NCBI RefSeq assembly: GCF_963921235.1
Contig: NC_086097.1
Location: 16,864,001 to 16,928,000 of the forward strand
Reading direction: 5' to 3'
Origin: Mobula hypostoma
Taxonomy: Eukaryota
Length of the DNA: 64,000 nucleotides
Part shown: positions 13,166 through 23,705 of the stretch, piece after piece
Layout of the letters: every line of letters begins with the position of its first letter
Numbering within the stretch: the stretch's first letter is position 1
Position numbers and translations under genes: made by a program
Notes under the pieces: generated by a model
Told to the model about the DNA's origin: nothing
Databases searched by the model: none
The model's input: the letters and a program-made list of their open reading frames with translations, nothing else

Positions 13166-13389
13166 AACTTCAGAATCCGAATCACTTTATTGCTAGTATG
13201 TGAATGTACCAGAACTGATGCCAAACATAAAACACAGGACAATACCATAACTGACAACACAATAGCAACCAACAATTTACAAGACAAAAGTGCAAACAGC
13301 CTTGAGCAATCAACAACCTAGCAGAAAGGTGAAATGCACAAATGTCAATGATCAAACTTAGATCAATGTGAACATATGAAGAGACTCGA

Positions 13390-13675
13390 TTTATTTATTT
13401 ATTTACTGAGCTCCAGCATGGAACAGGACCTTCTGGGTCTTTGATCCGTGCTGCCCAGCCGTCTCCCAATTTAACCCTAGCCTAATCACAGGACAATTTA
13501 CAATGACCAATTAACCTACCAACCAGTATGTTTTTGGACTGTAGGAGGAAACCAGAGCTCCTGGAGGAAACACATGTGCTCACAGGGAGTACATACAAAC
13601 TCCTTATAGGCAGTAGCGGGAATTGAACCTGGGTTGCCTGTACTGTAAAGCTTTGTGCTAATCACTACACTACCA
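13390..13675 (-). mobile_element. V/HE1-type SINE
   Basis: Similar to the copy at 340-621. Confidence 0.65.
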
Positions 13676-14754
13676 AGTCTTTAATGTTTTGGGATATCAC
13701 ATTATCACTCTTTTATTAAATAAAAGCCAACCAATCTCAGCTTTTTTTTGAAGATTAGCTTTATTAGTTTTCTTTGTCTGAAACTGAACACATTGCCATA
13801 ACTTAGTCACCTGAAAGCTACATACTAAAAACCTGATGTCTTTGGTGCCCTCTGCGATGCACTGTGCAGCCCTTGTAGAGAGGGTTAAAATATTCAGTTC
13901 AAATGTCACATAGTCACCATTCCCAACTCTATGTTTCCTTTAAAATCAAAGCAGGATTTTAGGCTTTTAAAGTAATCTAATCAAAAATAAAAAAGATAGA
14001 TTGATTTCCAAAACAGGAGCAGATGGATTCCAATACTTTCAATCCATCAGTACTATACAATTCTAGGTCCTTCCCCTTCCCTCCCCAGCTTTTGTTGTAT
14101 CATCATTTCATTAATGATGAGAGATTCTACTGTCTGAAAATTGCATTTTATCAGCAATTTCAAATTTTGCCTGAACTGCTATTATTTATCAAATCAGAAG
14201 TCATAAGAAACAGGAGCAGAAATTGACTATTTAGTCCCTTAAGCTAGCTCTGCATTCATTAAGATCATGCCTCATCTTTTACATCATTTCCACTTCCCTG
14301 CATTATTAACCCCTCATAACTTCATCACCTTAATGTGTGAAAATCTTTCAGCATCTGTTTTGAATATACTCAATGAATGAGTTTCCATAATGAAAGATCT
14401 ACCAATCTTTGGGTGAAAAATGTCTTCTCATCTCAGTTCTGAATCACCATCTGCATTATTATTTTGTTACTGTGACTCTTGCTTCTGATCATCCCAAATC
14501 CACATCGACGGTGCCCAGCAGCATAAAAATTTTGTGTGTTTAGATGGCAAATGTTATTCTGTCTGTAATCCAGTACTGTAATTGAAATTGGTGAGACTTT
14601 TACTTATTACTGCTCAGGGACATAGTTCCTTCAATCCATCATCAGGCTAAATCCCTCTAATGCTTTTATGAAAATTTCATTCTTTTTTGAGATCTGGACT
14701 CTGCTGGCATGGTTGGTATTCATTGCATATCCTTGAGGTAACAATAGGGAATCA

Positions 14755-16800
14755 TAAAACCAGAAGAGCATAAGATATGGGAGCAGAAGTAGGCCATTCT
14801 GTTCTGCCATTCAATCATGGGCTGCTCCAATTCTTCCAGTCGTCCCCACTCCCCTTCCTTCACCCCATACCCTTTAATGCCCTGGATAATCAAGAACCTA
14901 TCTATCTCTGCCTTAAGTACATCCAATGACTTGGCCTCCACAGCCACTCGTGGCAACAAATTCCACAGATATACCACCCTCTGACTAAAGTAATTTCTCT
15001 GCATCTCTGTTCTAAATGAACATCCTTCAATCCTGAAGTCATGCCCTCTTGTCCTAGACTCCCCTACCATGGGAAATAACTTTGCCATATCTAAAGCTAT
15101 TCAGGCCTTTTAACATTCGGAATGTTTCTATGAGATTCTCCCCGTCATTCTCCTGAACTCCAGGGAATACAGCCCAAGAGCTGCCAGACGTTCCTCTTAT
15201 GGTAACCCTTTCGTTCCTGGAATCATTCTCGTGAATCTTCTCTGAAACCACTCCAATGTCAGTGTATCCTTTCTAAAATAAAGAGCCCCAAACTGCACAC
15301 AATACTCCAAATGTGGTCTCACGAGTGCCTTATTGAGCCTTAACATCACATCCCTGATCTTATATTCTATACCTCTAGAAATGACTGCCAACATTGTATT
15401 CCCCTTCTTCACCACCGACTCAGCCTGGAGGTTAACCTTTAGGGTATCCTGCACAAGGACTCCCAAGTCCCTTTGCACCTCTGCATTTTGAATTCTCTCC
15501 CCATCTAAATAATAGTCTGCCCATTTATTTCTACCACCAAAGTGCATGACCATATACGTTCTGACATTATATTTCATTTGCCACTTCTTTGCCCATTCCC
15601 TTAAACTATCTAAGTCACTCTGCAGGCTCTCTGTTTCTTCAACACTACCCACTCCTTCACCTATCTTTGTATCATCGGCAAATTTAGCCACAAATCCCTT
15701 AATCCCATAGTCCAAATCATTGGCATACATCGTAAAAAGCAGCGGTCCCAACACCGACCCCTGTGGAACTCCAGTGGTAACTGGTAGCCAGCCAGAATAG
15801 AATCCCTTTATTCCCACTCTCTGTTTTCTACCGATCAGCCAATGCTCCACCCACGCTAGTAACTTCCCTGTAATTCTATGGGCTCTTATCTTGCTAAGCA
15901 GCCTCATGTGCAGCACCTTGTCAAAGGCCTTCTGAAAATGCAAGTACACCACATCTACTGCATCTCCTTTGCCTATCCTGCTTGTAATTTCCACAATGTA
16001 TTGCAGTAGGTTAGTCAGGCAGGATTTTCCTTTCAGGAAACCATGCTGGCTTTGGCCTATCTTGTCATGTGCCTCCAGGTATTCCGTAATCTCATCCCTA
16101 ACAATCGATTCCAACAATTTCCCAAGCACTGATGTCAGGCTAACAGGTCTATAGTTTCCTTTCTGCTGCCTCCCACCCTTCTTAAATAGCGGAGTAACAT
16201 TTTCAACTTTCCAGTCATCTGGTACAATGCCAGAATCTATCAATTCTTAAAAGATCATTGTTAATGCCTCCACAATCTTTCCAGTTACTTCCTTCAGAAC
16301 CCAAGGATGCATTTCATCAGGTCCAGGAGATTTATCCGTCCTCAGATCATCAAGCTCCCTGAGCACCTTCTCAGTAGGAATTTTCACTGCATAAACTTCA
16401 CTTCCCTGACACTCTTGAATGTCCAGTATACTGCAGATGTCTTCTACTATGAAGACTGATGCAAAATACATTCAGTTCCTCTGCCATCTCTGTGTCTCTC
16501 ATTACAATACCTCCAGTGTCATTTTCTATTGGTCCTATATCTACCCTTGACTCTCTTTTACGCCTTATATATTTAAAAAAGCTTTAGTATCTTCTTTGAT
16601 ATTAGTCACCAGCTTCCTTTCATAATTCATCTTTTCCTTCCTAATGACCTTCTTAGTTTCCTTCTGCAAGATTTTAAAAGCTTCCCAATCCTCTTATCTT
16701 CCCACTAACTTTGGCTTCCTTGTATGCCCTCTCTTTTGCTTTTACTTTGGGACTGACTTCAGTTGTCAGCCATGGTAATGTCCTTCTTCCATCTGAAATC
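14755..16800 (-). mobile_element. Decayed CR1 LINE (RT region)
   Basis: ORF 15197..16243 has QHGF, FQKAFDKV, GVPQGSVLGP and KFADD; adjacent frames carry KSPGPD and the C-terminal motifs, with stops and frameshifts. Confidence 0.92.
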
Positions 16801-18947
16801 ATCTTCTTGAACCAGTGTAGATATTTTCACAGAATTGATGAAGGAAACCCTGTGGAGCTGTTGGCTGGAGAGTTTTAGGATTTAGATGCAGTGACAATAA
16901 AAGGGCCAGCGGCACATTTCCAGGTCAAGGTGATGTGTGACTTGGGGTGAAACCTGGAAGTGGCAGTGCTCCCTTCCACCTGCTGACCTTGTCCTTCTTG
17001 GTAATAGAGACTGAGGGAATAGGGATGTTCTCAGAGGAACAATATTCATGTGGTTATTCTGGTTGAGTTTCTGGCCAATGATGCCTGTGAATGTCAAGGG
17101 CTGGTTACGTAAGAACATAAGAAATAGGAGCAGGAGTAGGCCATCTGGCCTGTCGAGCCTGCTTCGCCATTCATAAGATCATGGCTGAGCTGGCTATGGA
17201 CTCATCTCCACCTACCTACTTTGAACTGTCTTGTTGGAGATGGTCATTGCCTGCCATATTTGAGGCACAAATTTTACCTGTCTTTTATCAACCCATGTCT
17301 CATTGTTTTCCGCTTCCTGCTGTACTCAGGAATATGCTGTTTCATTTGCTGAGGAGATGGAAATGAAAATGGACATTGTGCAATGATCTGCGAACAGCTC
17401 CACTATCCTTATGCTGAAAGGAAGGTTGTTAATGAAGTCGGTCCTAGGTCCTGAGGCAGTCCTGAAGTGATATTCTGAGGCTGAGACAATGACCACAATC
17501 ATCTTCTTTTCTTGCAAGTCAGTACTTCATCTAGAGTGCTTCTCCTCTGATGCACATTGAAGCTACTCTTAATTAAATATTGAATTCTGTGAAATTGAGT
17601 CATTCTCACCTAGCCTCTGGAAGTCAGGTCTTAGGTTAATGTTTGGTGAAAGGGCTGTGAAGAGGCTTGGTATGTATCAGATCATGTAAGACGGCAGATT
17701 GCTCCCTCAAAACCAGATGGGTTATTAGTGGTAGTTTTTTGGTGGCATTTTTTCCGAGACTAGTAGGCATTTTTTTCAAATCCCTAATTATTACTTGAAT
17801 TTAAATTCTGCACTGTCATTGTAGGATTTGAATGTTGTTCTCCAGTTTAATTGTTACATTACCATAGCCTGACAAGGTAAGTGTTACGGAAATTATAGAA
17901 TATTCGTGATAGAAGATCTTCTTTCTGTTCTGATTTTAACCTTCTGTTGGTACAATTGTGGAGTTAACAGGAGGCTGAGACTTTGAGACTGAGATGTGTA
18001 GACAGATTGTAGGCACAGCATATGTTAAAGGACTTGAACAGTTAAATAATCAGTTACCAATATTGGCATTGGATGAGGTTTGATGTGACATTATGCTGGC
18101 AATATCCTATGAATGACTGAGAATCTCATACTGGGCTCCTATGGTATTAAAGTCCTTTCTGGAGCCTGAGGAAATGTGTTCTCATGAACTGGAGATTTGA
18201 GCAAGCTTAATTTGGGTCAGATCTTTAGTTCCAAGGATTGGCATTCCCAAACTCTGTTGACAGCTCTTTGTTCTGCCCTGACAGCTAATGATATTTAAGT
18301 AAGGTTACTCCTATTAGTGAAGCAAATTACTATTCCCTCTCTGTATCTTTTACTCCTCTAATAGAAATGCAGTTGACATTGATAATTTAATTAAACCTCA
18401 AACTGGTCTCTAGTTCTTTTTATCTATGCCAACATTTGAAGCTGGGCATGGATCAAAAATAATTACCTCATTTCATGTAAACATGAATCTAAAAATTATG
18501 AAGCTAATTTGGAATGTCAAAGCTAATTTCAACCTATATCCTCCTTAATAGCCTTGCCTTTCTCTAACTCAAAAGAGTATTATAGAAATATCATTAAAAT
18601 GTGGATAGAAATGCAGGCAGCTTGAGCTAATGTAGTGCACAGGAGAGGGTATTTTTTTAACTCTGAGATCAGACTTCCACAGTGGTCTGAGGGTTGTGGC
18701 TTAGGATATGGGGTATAATGAGAGGATAGAGTGGTAGTAAGGGTGCATTAGGTACAGTCGATTGAACTCAGTCTTTTCCAGAACTGCTTAGTCCTGATGT
18801 TGAGTGACCTAGACGATAAGTGTACCATTCTGCAATGAGGCACTAATCTTGGTGCTTGATCACATCCGTTCTTCAAACAGCAAAGCTGATACCTCAGAAT
18901 CACAAGCGAATCAGGTTTAACATCATCATCCTATAGGATGTGAAATA

Positions 18948-19141
18948 TGCAAACACCAGGAAATCTGCAGATGCTGGAAATTCAAGCAACACACATAAAA
19001 AATGCTGGTGAATGCAGCAGGCCAGGCAGCATCTATAGGAAGAGGTACAGTCGACGTTTCAGGCCGAGACCCTTCGTCAGGACCCTTTGACCTGACGAAG
19101 GGTCTCGGCCCGAAACATCGACTGTACCTCTTCCTATAGAT
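18948..19141. mobile_element. Hairpin-shaped PLE mini-element (left part); its right end is at 22895-22921
   Basis: Inverted pLTR arms; 16-bp TSD TATAGGATGTGAAATA at 18932-18947 and 22922-22937 encloses it together with the nested long PLE. Confidence 0.85.
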
Positions 19142-19201
19142 AACACACATCAAAGTTGCTGGTGAACGCAGCAGGCCAGGCAGCATCTATAGGAAGAGGC
19201 G

Positions 19202-19239
19202 CAGTCGACGTTTCAGGCCGAGACCCTTCGTCAGGACTA
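19202..19239 (-). ncRNA. Minimal type I hammerhead ribozyme in the 3' pLTR
   Basis: UAGUC CUGACGA A GGGUCUCGGCCU GAAAC GUC/GACUG: stem I UAGUC:GACUG, CUGANGA and GAAA core, palindromic ACGU stem III; predicted cut between 19207 and 19206. Confidence 0.85.
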
Positions 19240-19530
19240 ACTGAAGGAAGAGTGAGTAAGGGATTTGAAAGCTGGAGGGGGAGGGGGAGATGTAAAATGA
19301 TAGGAGAAGACAGGAGGGGGAGGGATGGAGCCGAGAGCTGGAAAGGTGATAGGCAAAAGGGGATACGAGAGGATCATGGGACAGGAGGTCCGGGAAGAAA
19401 GACGGGGGGGGGTGACCCAGAGGATGGGCAAGAGGTATATTCAGAGGGACAGAGGGAGAAAAAGGAGAGTGAGAGAAAGAATGTGTGCATAAAAAAGAGT
19501 AACAGATGGGGTACGAGGGGGAGGTGGGGC

Positions 19531-22500
19531 CTAGCGGAAGTTAGAGAAGTCAATGTTCATGCCATCAGGTTGGAGGCTACCCATACGGAATATAAGGTGT
19601 TGTTCCTCCAACCTGAGTGTGGCTTCATCTTTACAGTAGAGGAGGCCGTGGATAGACATGTCAGAATGGGAATGGGATGTGGAATTAAAATGTGTGGCCA
19701 CTGGGAGATCCTGCTTTCTCTGGCGGACAGAGCGTAGATGTTCAGCAAAGCGGTCTCCCAGTCTGCGTCGGGTCTCACCAATATATAAAAGGCCACATCG
19801 GGAGCACCGGACGCAGTATATCACCCCAGTCGACTCACAGGTGAAGTGATGCCTCACCTGGAAGGACTGTTTGGGGCCCTGAATGGTGGTAAGGGAGGAA
19901 GTGTAAGGGCATGTGTAGCACTTGTTCCGCTTACACGGATAAGTGCCAGGAGGGAGATCAGTGGGGAGGGATGGGGGGGACGAATGGACAAGGGAGTTGT
20001 GTAGGGAGCGATCCCTGCGGAATGCAGAGAGAGGGGGGGAGGGAAAGATATGCTTAGTGGTGGGATCCCGTTGGAGGTGGCGGAAGTTACAGAGAATAAT
20101 ATGTTGGACCCGGAGGCTGGTGGGGTGGTAGGTGAGGACCAGGGGAACCCTATTCCTAGTGGGGTGGTGGGAGGATGGAGTGAGAGCAGATGTACGTGAA
20201 ATGGGGGAGATGCATTTAAGAGCAGAGTTGATAGTGGAGGAAGGGAAGCCCCTTTCTTTAAAAAATGAAGACATCTCCCTCGTCCTAGAATGAAAAGCCT
20301 CATCCTGAGAGCAGATGCGGCGGAGACGGAGGAATTGCGAGAAGGGGATGGCGTTTTTGCAAGAGACAGGGTGAGAAGAGGAATAGTCCAGATAGCTGTG
20401 AGAGTCAGTAGGCTTATAGTAGACATCAGTGGATAAGCTGTCTCCAGAGACAGAGACAGAAAGATCTAGAAAGGGGAGGGAGGTGTCGGAAATGGACCAG
20501 GTAAACGAGGGCAGGGTGAAAGTTGGAGGCAAAGTTAATAAAGTCAACGAGTTCTGCATGCGTGCAGGAAGCAGCGCCAATGCAGTCGTCGATGTAGCGA
20601 AGGAAAAGTGGGGACAGATACCAGAATAGGCACGGAACATAGATTGTTCCACAAACCCAACAAAAAGGCAGGCATAGCTAGGACCCATACGGGTGCCCAT
20701 AGCTACACCTTTAGTTTGGAGGAAATGGGAGGAGCAAAAGGAGAAATTGTTAAGAGTAAGGACTAATTCTGCTAGACGGAGCAGAGTGGTGGTAGAGGGG
20801 AACTGATTAGGTCTGGAATCCAAAAAGAAGCGTAGAGCTTTGAGACCTTCCTGATGGGGGATGGAAGTATATAGGGACTGGACATCCATGGTGAAAATAA
20901 AGCGGTGGGGGCCAGGGAACTTAAAATCATCGAAAAGTTTAAGAGCGTGAGAAGTGTCACGAACATAGGTCGGAAGGGATTGAACAAGGGGTGATAAAAC
21001 AGTGTCGAGGTATGCAGAAACGAGTTCTGTGGGGCAGGAGCAAGCTGAGACAATAGGTCGGCCAGGACAGGCAGGTTTGTGGATCTTGGGTAGGAGGTAG
21101 AAACGGGAAGTGCGGGGTGTGGGAACTATAAGGTTGGTAGCAGTGGATGGGAGATCCCCTGAGCGGATAAAGTCGTTGATAGTGTGGGAGACAATGGCCT
21201 GGTGCTCCTTAGTTGGGTCACAATCGAGGGGTAAATAAGAGGAGGTATCCACGAGTTGTTGCTGTGCCTCAGCAAGGTAGAGGTCAGCACGCCAGACTAC
21301 AACAGCACCCCCCTTATCAGCGGGTTTAATAATAATGTTAGGATTAGTGCGGAGGGAGTGGAGAGCAGAGCGTTCCGAAGGAGTGAGGTTAGAATGGGGA
21401 CAAGGTGCGGTGAAGTCGAGACGGTTGATGTCCCGTCGGCAGTTGGCAATAAAGAGATCCAGAGCAGGCAGAAGACCAGAGCGGGGTGTCCATGAAGAAG
21501 AGGAGTGTTGAAGACGGGAGAAGGGGTCATCGGTGGGGGTGGAAGAGTCCTTGCCGAAGAAGTAGGCTCGGAGACGGAGACGGTGGAAGAAAAGTTCTGC
21601 ATCGTGGCGAACACAGAACTCGCTGAGGTGTGGGCGAAGGGGGACAAACGTGAGGCCCTTACTGAGAACAGAGCGCTCTGCCTCTGACAGTTGAAGGTCG
21701 GAGGGGATGGTAAAGACCCGGCACGGATGAGAGCTGGGATCAGAGGGGGGGGGAGGGGGGAGGCTGGGGGTGTCAGTGGAGAGGGGAGGGTTGGGGTGAG
21801 AGGAAGATGGAGCCTCTGAGGGCCCAGGAGTTGACGGTGGGATCTGAGGAAGACGGGGCTGCGGAGTGGTGGTGGGGGAAGGGGAGACGGGAGTCACAAC
21901 AGCAGCACATAAAGACCCGGCCTGGAGTTCAAGGCTGGAGTCGCAGTTGGTGGTTGCGCGATCGCTTTGAATGTCTCCATGGTCGTTGCTGGAGTCCGGG
22001 TTTTGAATATGTCCTGAGGTGTTGGAGCCGGCGAGATCAATGGCAGAGGCCGCAATCTGAAGTTCATGCCTACTAGTTTCATGGTCAGCAGGCTCTGGAG
22101 TCCGTAGATGTAAGATCTTGCGATCTTTGCCTAACATGACAAAGTCAAAGAAACGGCGATTGCAGGCGTGGATCCGACGGAGGATGAAATACCGGGTAGG
22201 ACCATTACAGACGGCGAAGAAAGTGTCCCGAAGGAGTGGAAGGGTCTGGGATAGGGACACCAAGTACCTCCTCATGGCGGAGAGCGTCGCCTTCAGAGCT
22301 TGACGGGAGAAGCGGCGAGAGGCAGAGTCAATGAAATGTGAGTACCTGGGATCCTCAGAAGGTCCAAATTGAGAGGCTTGGAAACGAATCCCAAAGCCAA
22401 CTGGAGTAAGTTGGCGACGGAGGCACGTTCCTAGAAAGGATACATGGCTGTGATAGCGAGTTTGAGTCAAAGTCTGGTCGAAAAGTTGAAGAGCCGAAGA

Positions 22501-22581
22501 AATCACAGATGGGGAGCAGTGAGAGATGGTTTCACTGAACTCCCGTCGAAGAGAGGATCTAAACTTCTTCGGTGTAGGCAT
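19531..22581 (-). CDS. PLE polyprotein: N-terminal region, RT, Cys-rich linker, GIY-YIG endonuclease (1016 aa from the ATG at 22581); RT catalytic motif out of frame
   Basis: KPADKGGAVVV, FYLLPKIHK..PGRPIVS, MDVQSLYTSIP, GVAMGTRMGPSYA, PFLDL, YKPTDSHSYL, CKRNKCYTC, VIYCVRCSRCGLLYIGETRR..EH; YIDD codons at 20585-20596 lie in another frame. Confidence 0.9.
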   Translation of the reverse strand: MPTPKKFRSSLRREFSETISHCSPSVISSALQLFDQTLTQTRYHSHVSFLGTCLRRQLTPVGFGIRFQASQFGPSEDPRYSHFIDSASRRFSRQALKATLSAMRRYLVSLSQTLPLLRDTFFAVCNGPTRYFILRRIHACNRRFFDFVMLGKDRKILHLRTPEPADHETSRHELQIAASAIDLAGSNTSGHIQNPDSSNDHGDIQSDRATTNCDSSLELQAGSLCAAVVTPVSPSPTTTPQPRLPQIPPSTPGPSEAPSSSHPNPPLSTDTPSLPPPPPSDPSSHPCRVFTIPSDLQLSEAERSVLSKGLTFVPLRPHLSEFCVRHDAELFFHRLRLRAYFFGKDSSTPTDDPFSRLQHSSSSWTPRSGLLPALDLFIANCRRDINRLDFTAPCPHSNLTPSERSALHSLRTNPNIIIKPADKGGAVVVWRADLYLAEAQQQLVDTSSYLPLDCDPTKEHQAIVSHTINDFIRSGDLPSTATNLIVPTPRTSRFYLLPKIHKPACPGRPIVSACSCPTELVSAYLDTVLSPLVQSLPTYVRDTSHALKLFDDFKFPGPHRFIFTMDVQSLYTSIPHQEGLKALRFFLDSRPNQFPSTTTLLRLAELVLTLNNFSFCSSHFLQTKGVAMGTRMGPSYACLFVGFVEQSMFRAYSGICPHFSFATSTTALALLPARMQNSLTLLTLPPTFTLPSFTWSISDTSLPFLDLSVSVSGDSLSTDVYYKPTDSHSYLDYSSSHPVSCKNAIPFSQFLRLRRICSQDEAFHSRTREMSSFFKERGFPSSTINSALKCISPISRTSALTPSSHHPTRNRVPLVLTYHPTSLRVQHIILCNFRHLQRDPTTKHIFPSPPLSAFRRDRSLHNSLVHSSPPSLPTDLPPGTYPCKRNKCYTCPYTSSLTTIQGPKQSFQVRHHFTCESTGVIYCVRCSRCGLLYIGETRRRLGDRFAEHLRSVRQRKQDLPVATHFNSTSHSHSDMSIHGLLYCKDEATLRLEEQHLIFRMGSLQPDGMNIDFSNFR

Positions 22582-22714
22582 CACCGGAAGAGGCTTCGCA
22601 GTAGTGAATTTAAACGCAAACAACAGGAATTCTGCAGATGCTGGAAATTCTAGCAACACACATCAAAGTTGCTGGTGAACGCAGCAGGCCAGGCAGCATC
22701 TATAGGAAGAGGCG

Positions 22715-22752
22715 CAGTCGACGTTTCAGGCCGAGACCCTTCGTCAGGACTA
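22715..22752 (-). ncRNA. Minimal type I hammerhead ribozyme in the 5' pLTR
   Basis: Identical to 19202-19239; predicted cut between 22720 and 22719. Confidence 0.85.
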
Positions 22753-22939
22753 ACTGAAGGAAGAGTGAGTAAGGGATTTGAAAGCTGGAGGGGGAGGGGG
22801 AGATGCAAAATGATAGGAGAAGACAGGAGGGGGAGGGATAGAGCCGAGAGCTGGACAGGTGATAGGCAAAAGGGATACGAGAGGATCATGGGACAGGCCT
22901 GCTGCGTTCACCAGCATCTTTTATAGGATGTGAAATAGG

Positions 22940-23705
22940 TTGTTTTGTGGCAGCACCGCAGTACAGATATAAATTACTATAAATTAGAAAATAAACAGTG
23001 GAAGCAAAAGGAATACTGAGGTAGTGTTCATGGGCTGTTCAGAAATCTGATAGTGGAGGGGAAGGAGCTGTTGTGGCATTGCTGATTGTGGTCCTCCCTG
23101 GTTGTGGTTACAAGAAGATAGCATGTACTGGATGGTGAGGATCCTTAATGGTGGATGCTGCCTTCGTGAAACACTGCTTCTTGAAGAAGATCTTGGTGGT
23201 GGAAGAGTTAACTGAGTCTCCAATCCTCTGTAGCCTCTTGCATCCTTATACATTGGAGCCTCCGTACTACGCAGTAATGCGACCAGTTAGAATGCATTCC
23301 ACCATACATTTGTAAAAGTTTGCAAGAGTCTTTGGTGACTTGCCAAATTTCCTCAAACTTCAAGTCCAAGTTCAAATTTATTGTCATCTGACTGTACATA
23401 TCTATTATACAGCCTCCGGACCATGGTGCACCTACACAACATATATCATAGCACAGCACACAAATCAGTGAATAAAATATAATTTAAAATACATGTGAGC
23501 ACAGGTAAACAGTAAACAGATCACTGTCTTAGTGATGAGACCCCAGTGGCGGCAGAGTATTCAGTAGTCTCATAGTCTGGGGGGAAGTAAAGTTGCTGGT
23601 GTGCCTTTGTGATTCTGTCAATGTGTTGGGCCCAGGACAGATCCTCCGAGATGTGGACAGCCAGGAATTTGAAGCTGCTCAACCTTTCCATCACTGACTG
23701 CTCAA
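22940..23705 (-). mobile_element. Rex/Babar-like 3' fragments
   Basis: 'ERLSSFKFLAVHISEDLSWAQHID' peptide; (TTGAAC)-type tail near 23360-23380. Confidence 0.65.

Larger units (their letters stand above)
19142..22894 (-). mobile_element. Near-full-length Penelope-like element (Neptune type) with direct pseudo-LTRs
   Basis: Direct repeat of about 240 bp at 19142-19383 and about 22654-22894 flanking a single RT + GIY-YIG ORF. Confidence 0.95.

Noticed and set aside
19156..19737. 193-aa plus-strand ORF and the repeated 'MLVNAAGQAASIGRG' ORFs
   Set aside because: Antisense readings of the PLE pLTR/3' UTR with non-ATG starts; length and frame are not conserved between copies
22582..22659. N-terminal 26 aa of the 1042-aa ORF in the track
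   Set aside because: Starts at a non-ATG codon inside the pLTR tail; in a eukaryote the first ATG at 22581 is the plausible start
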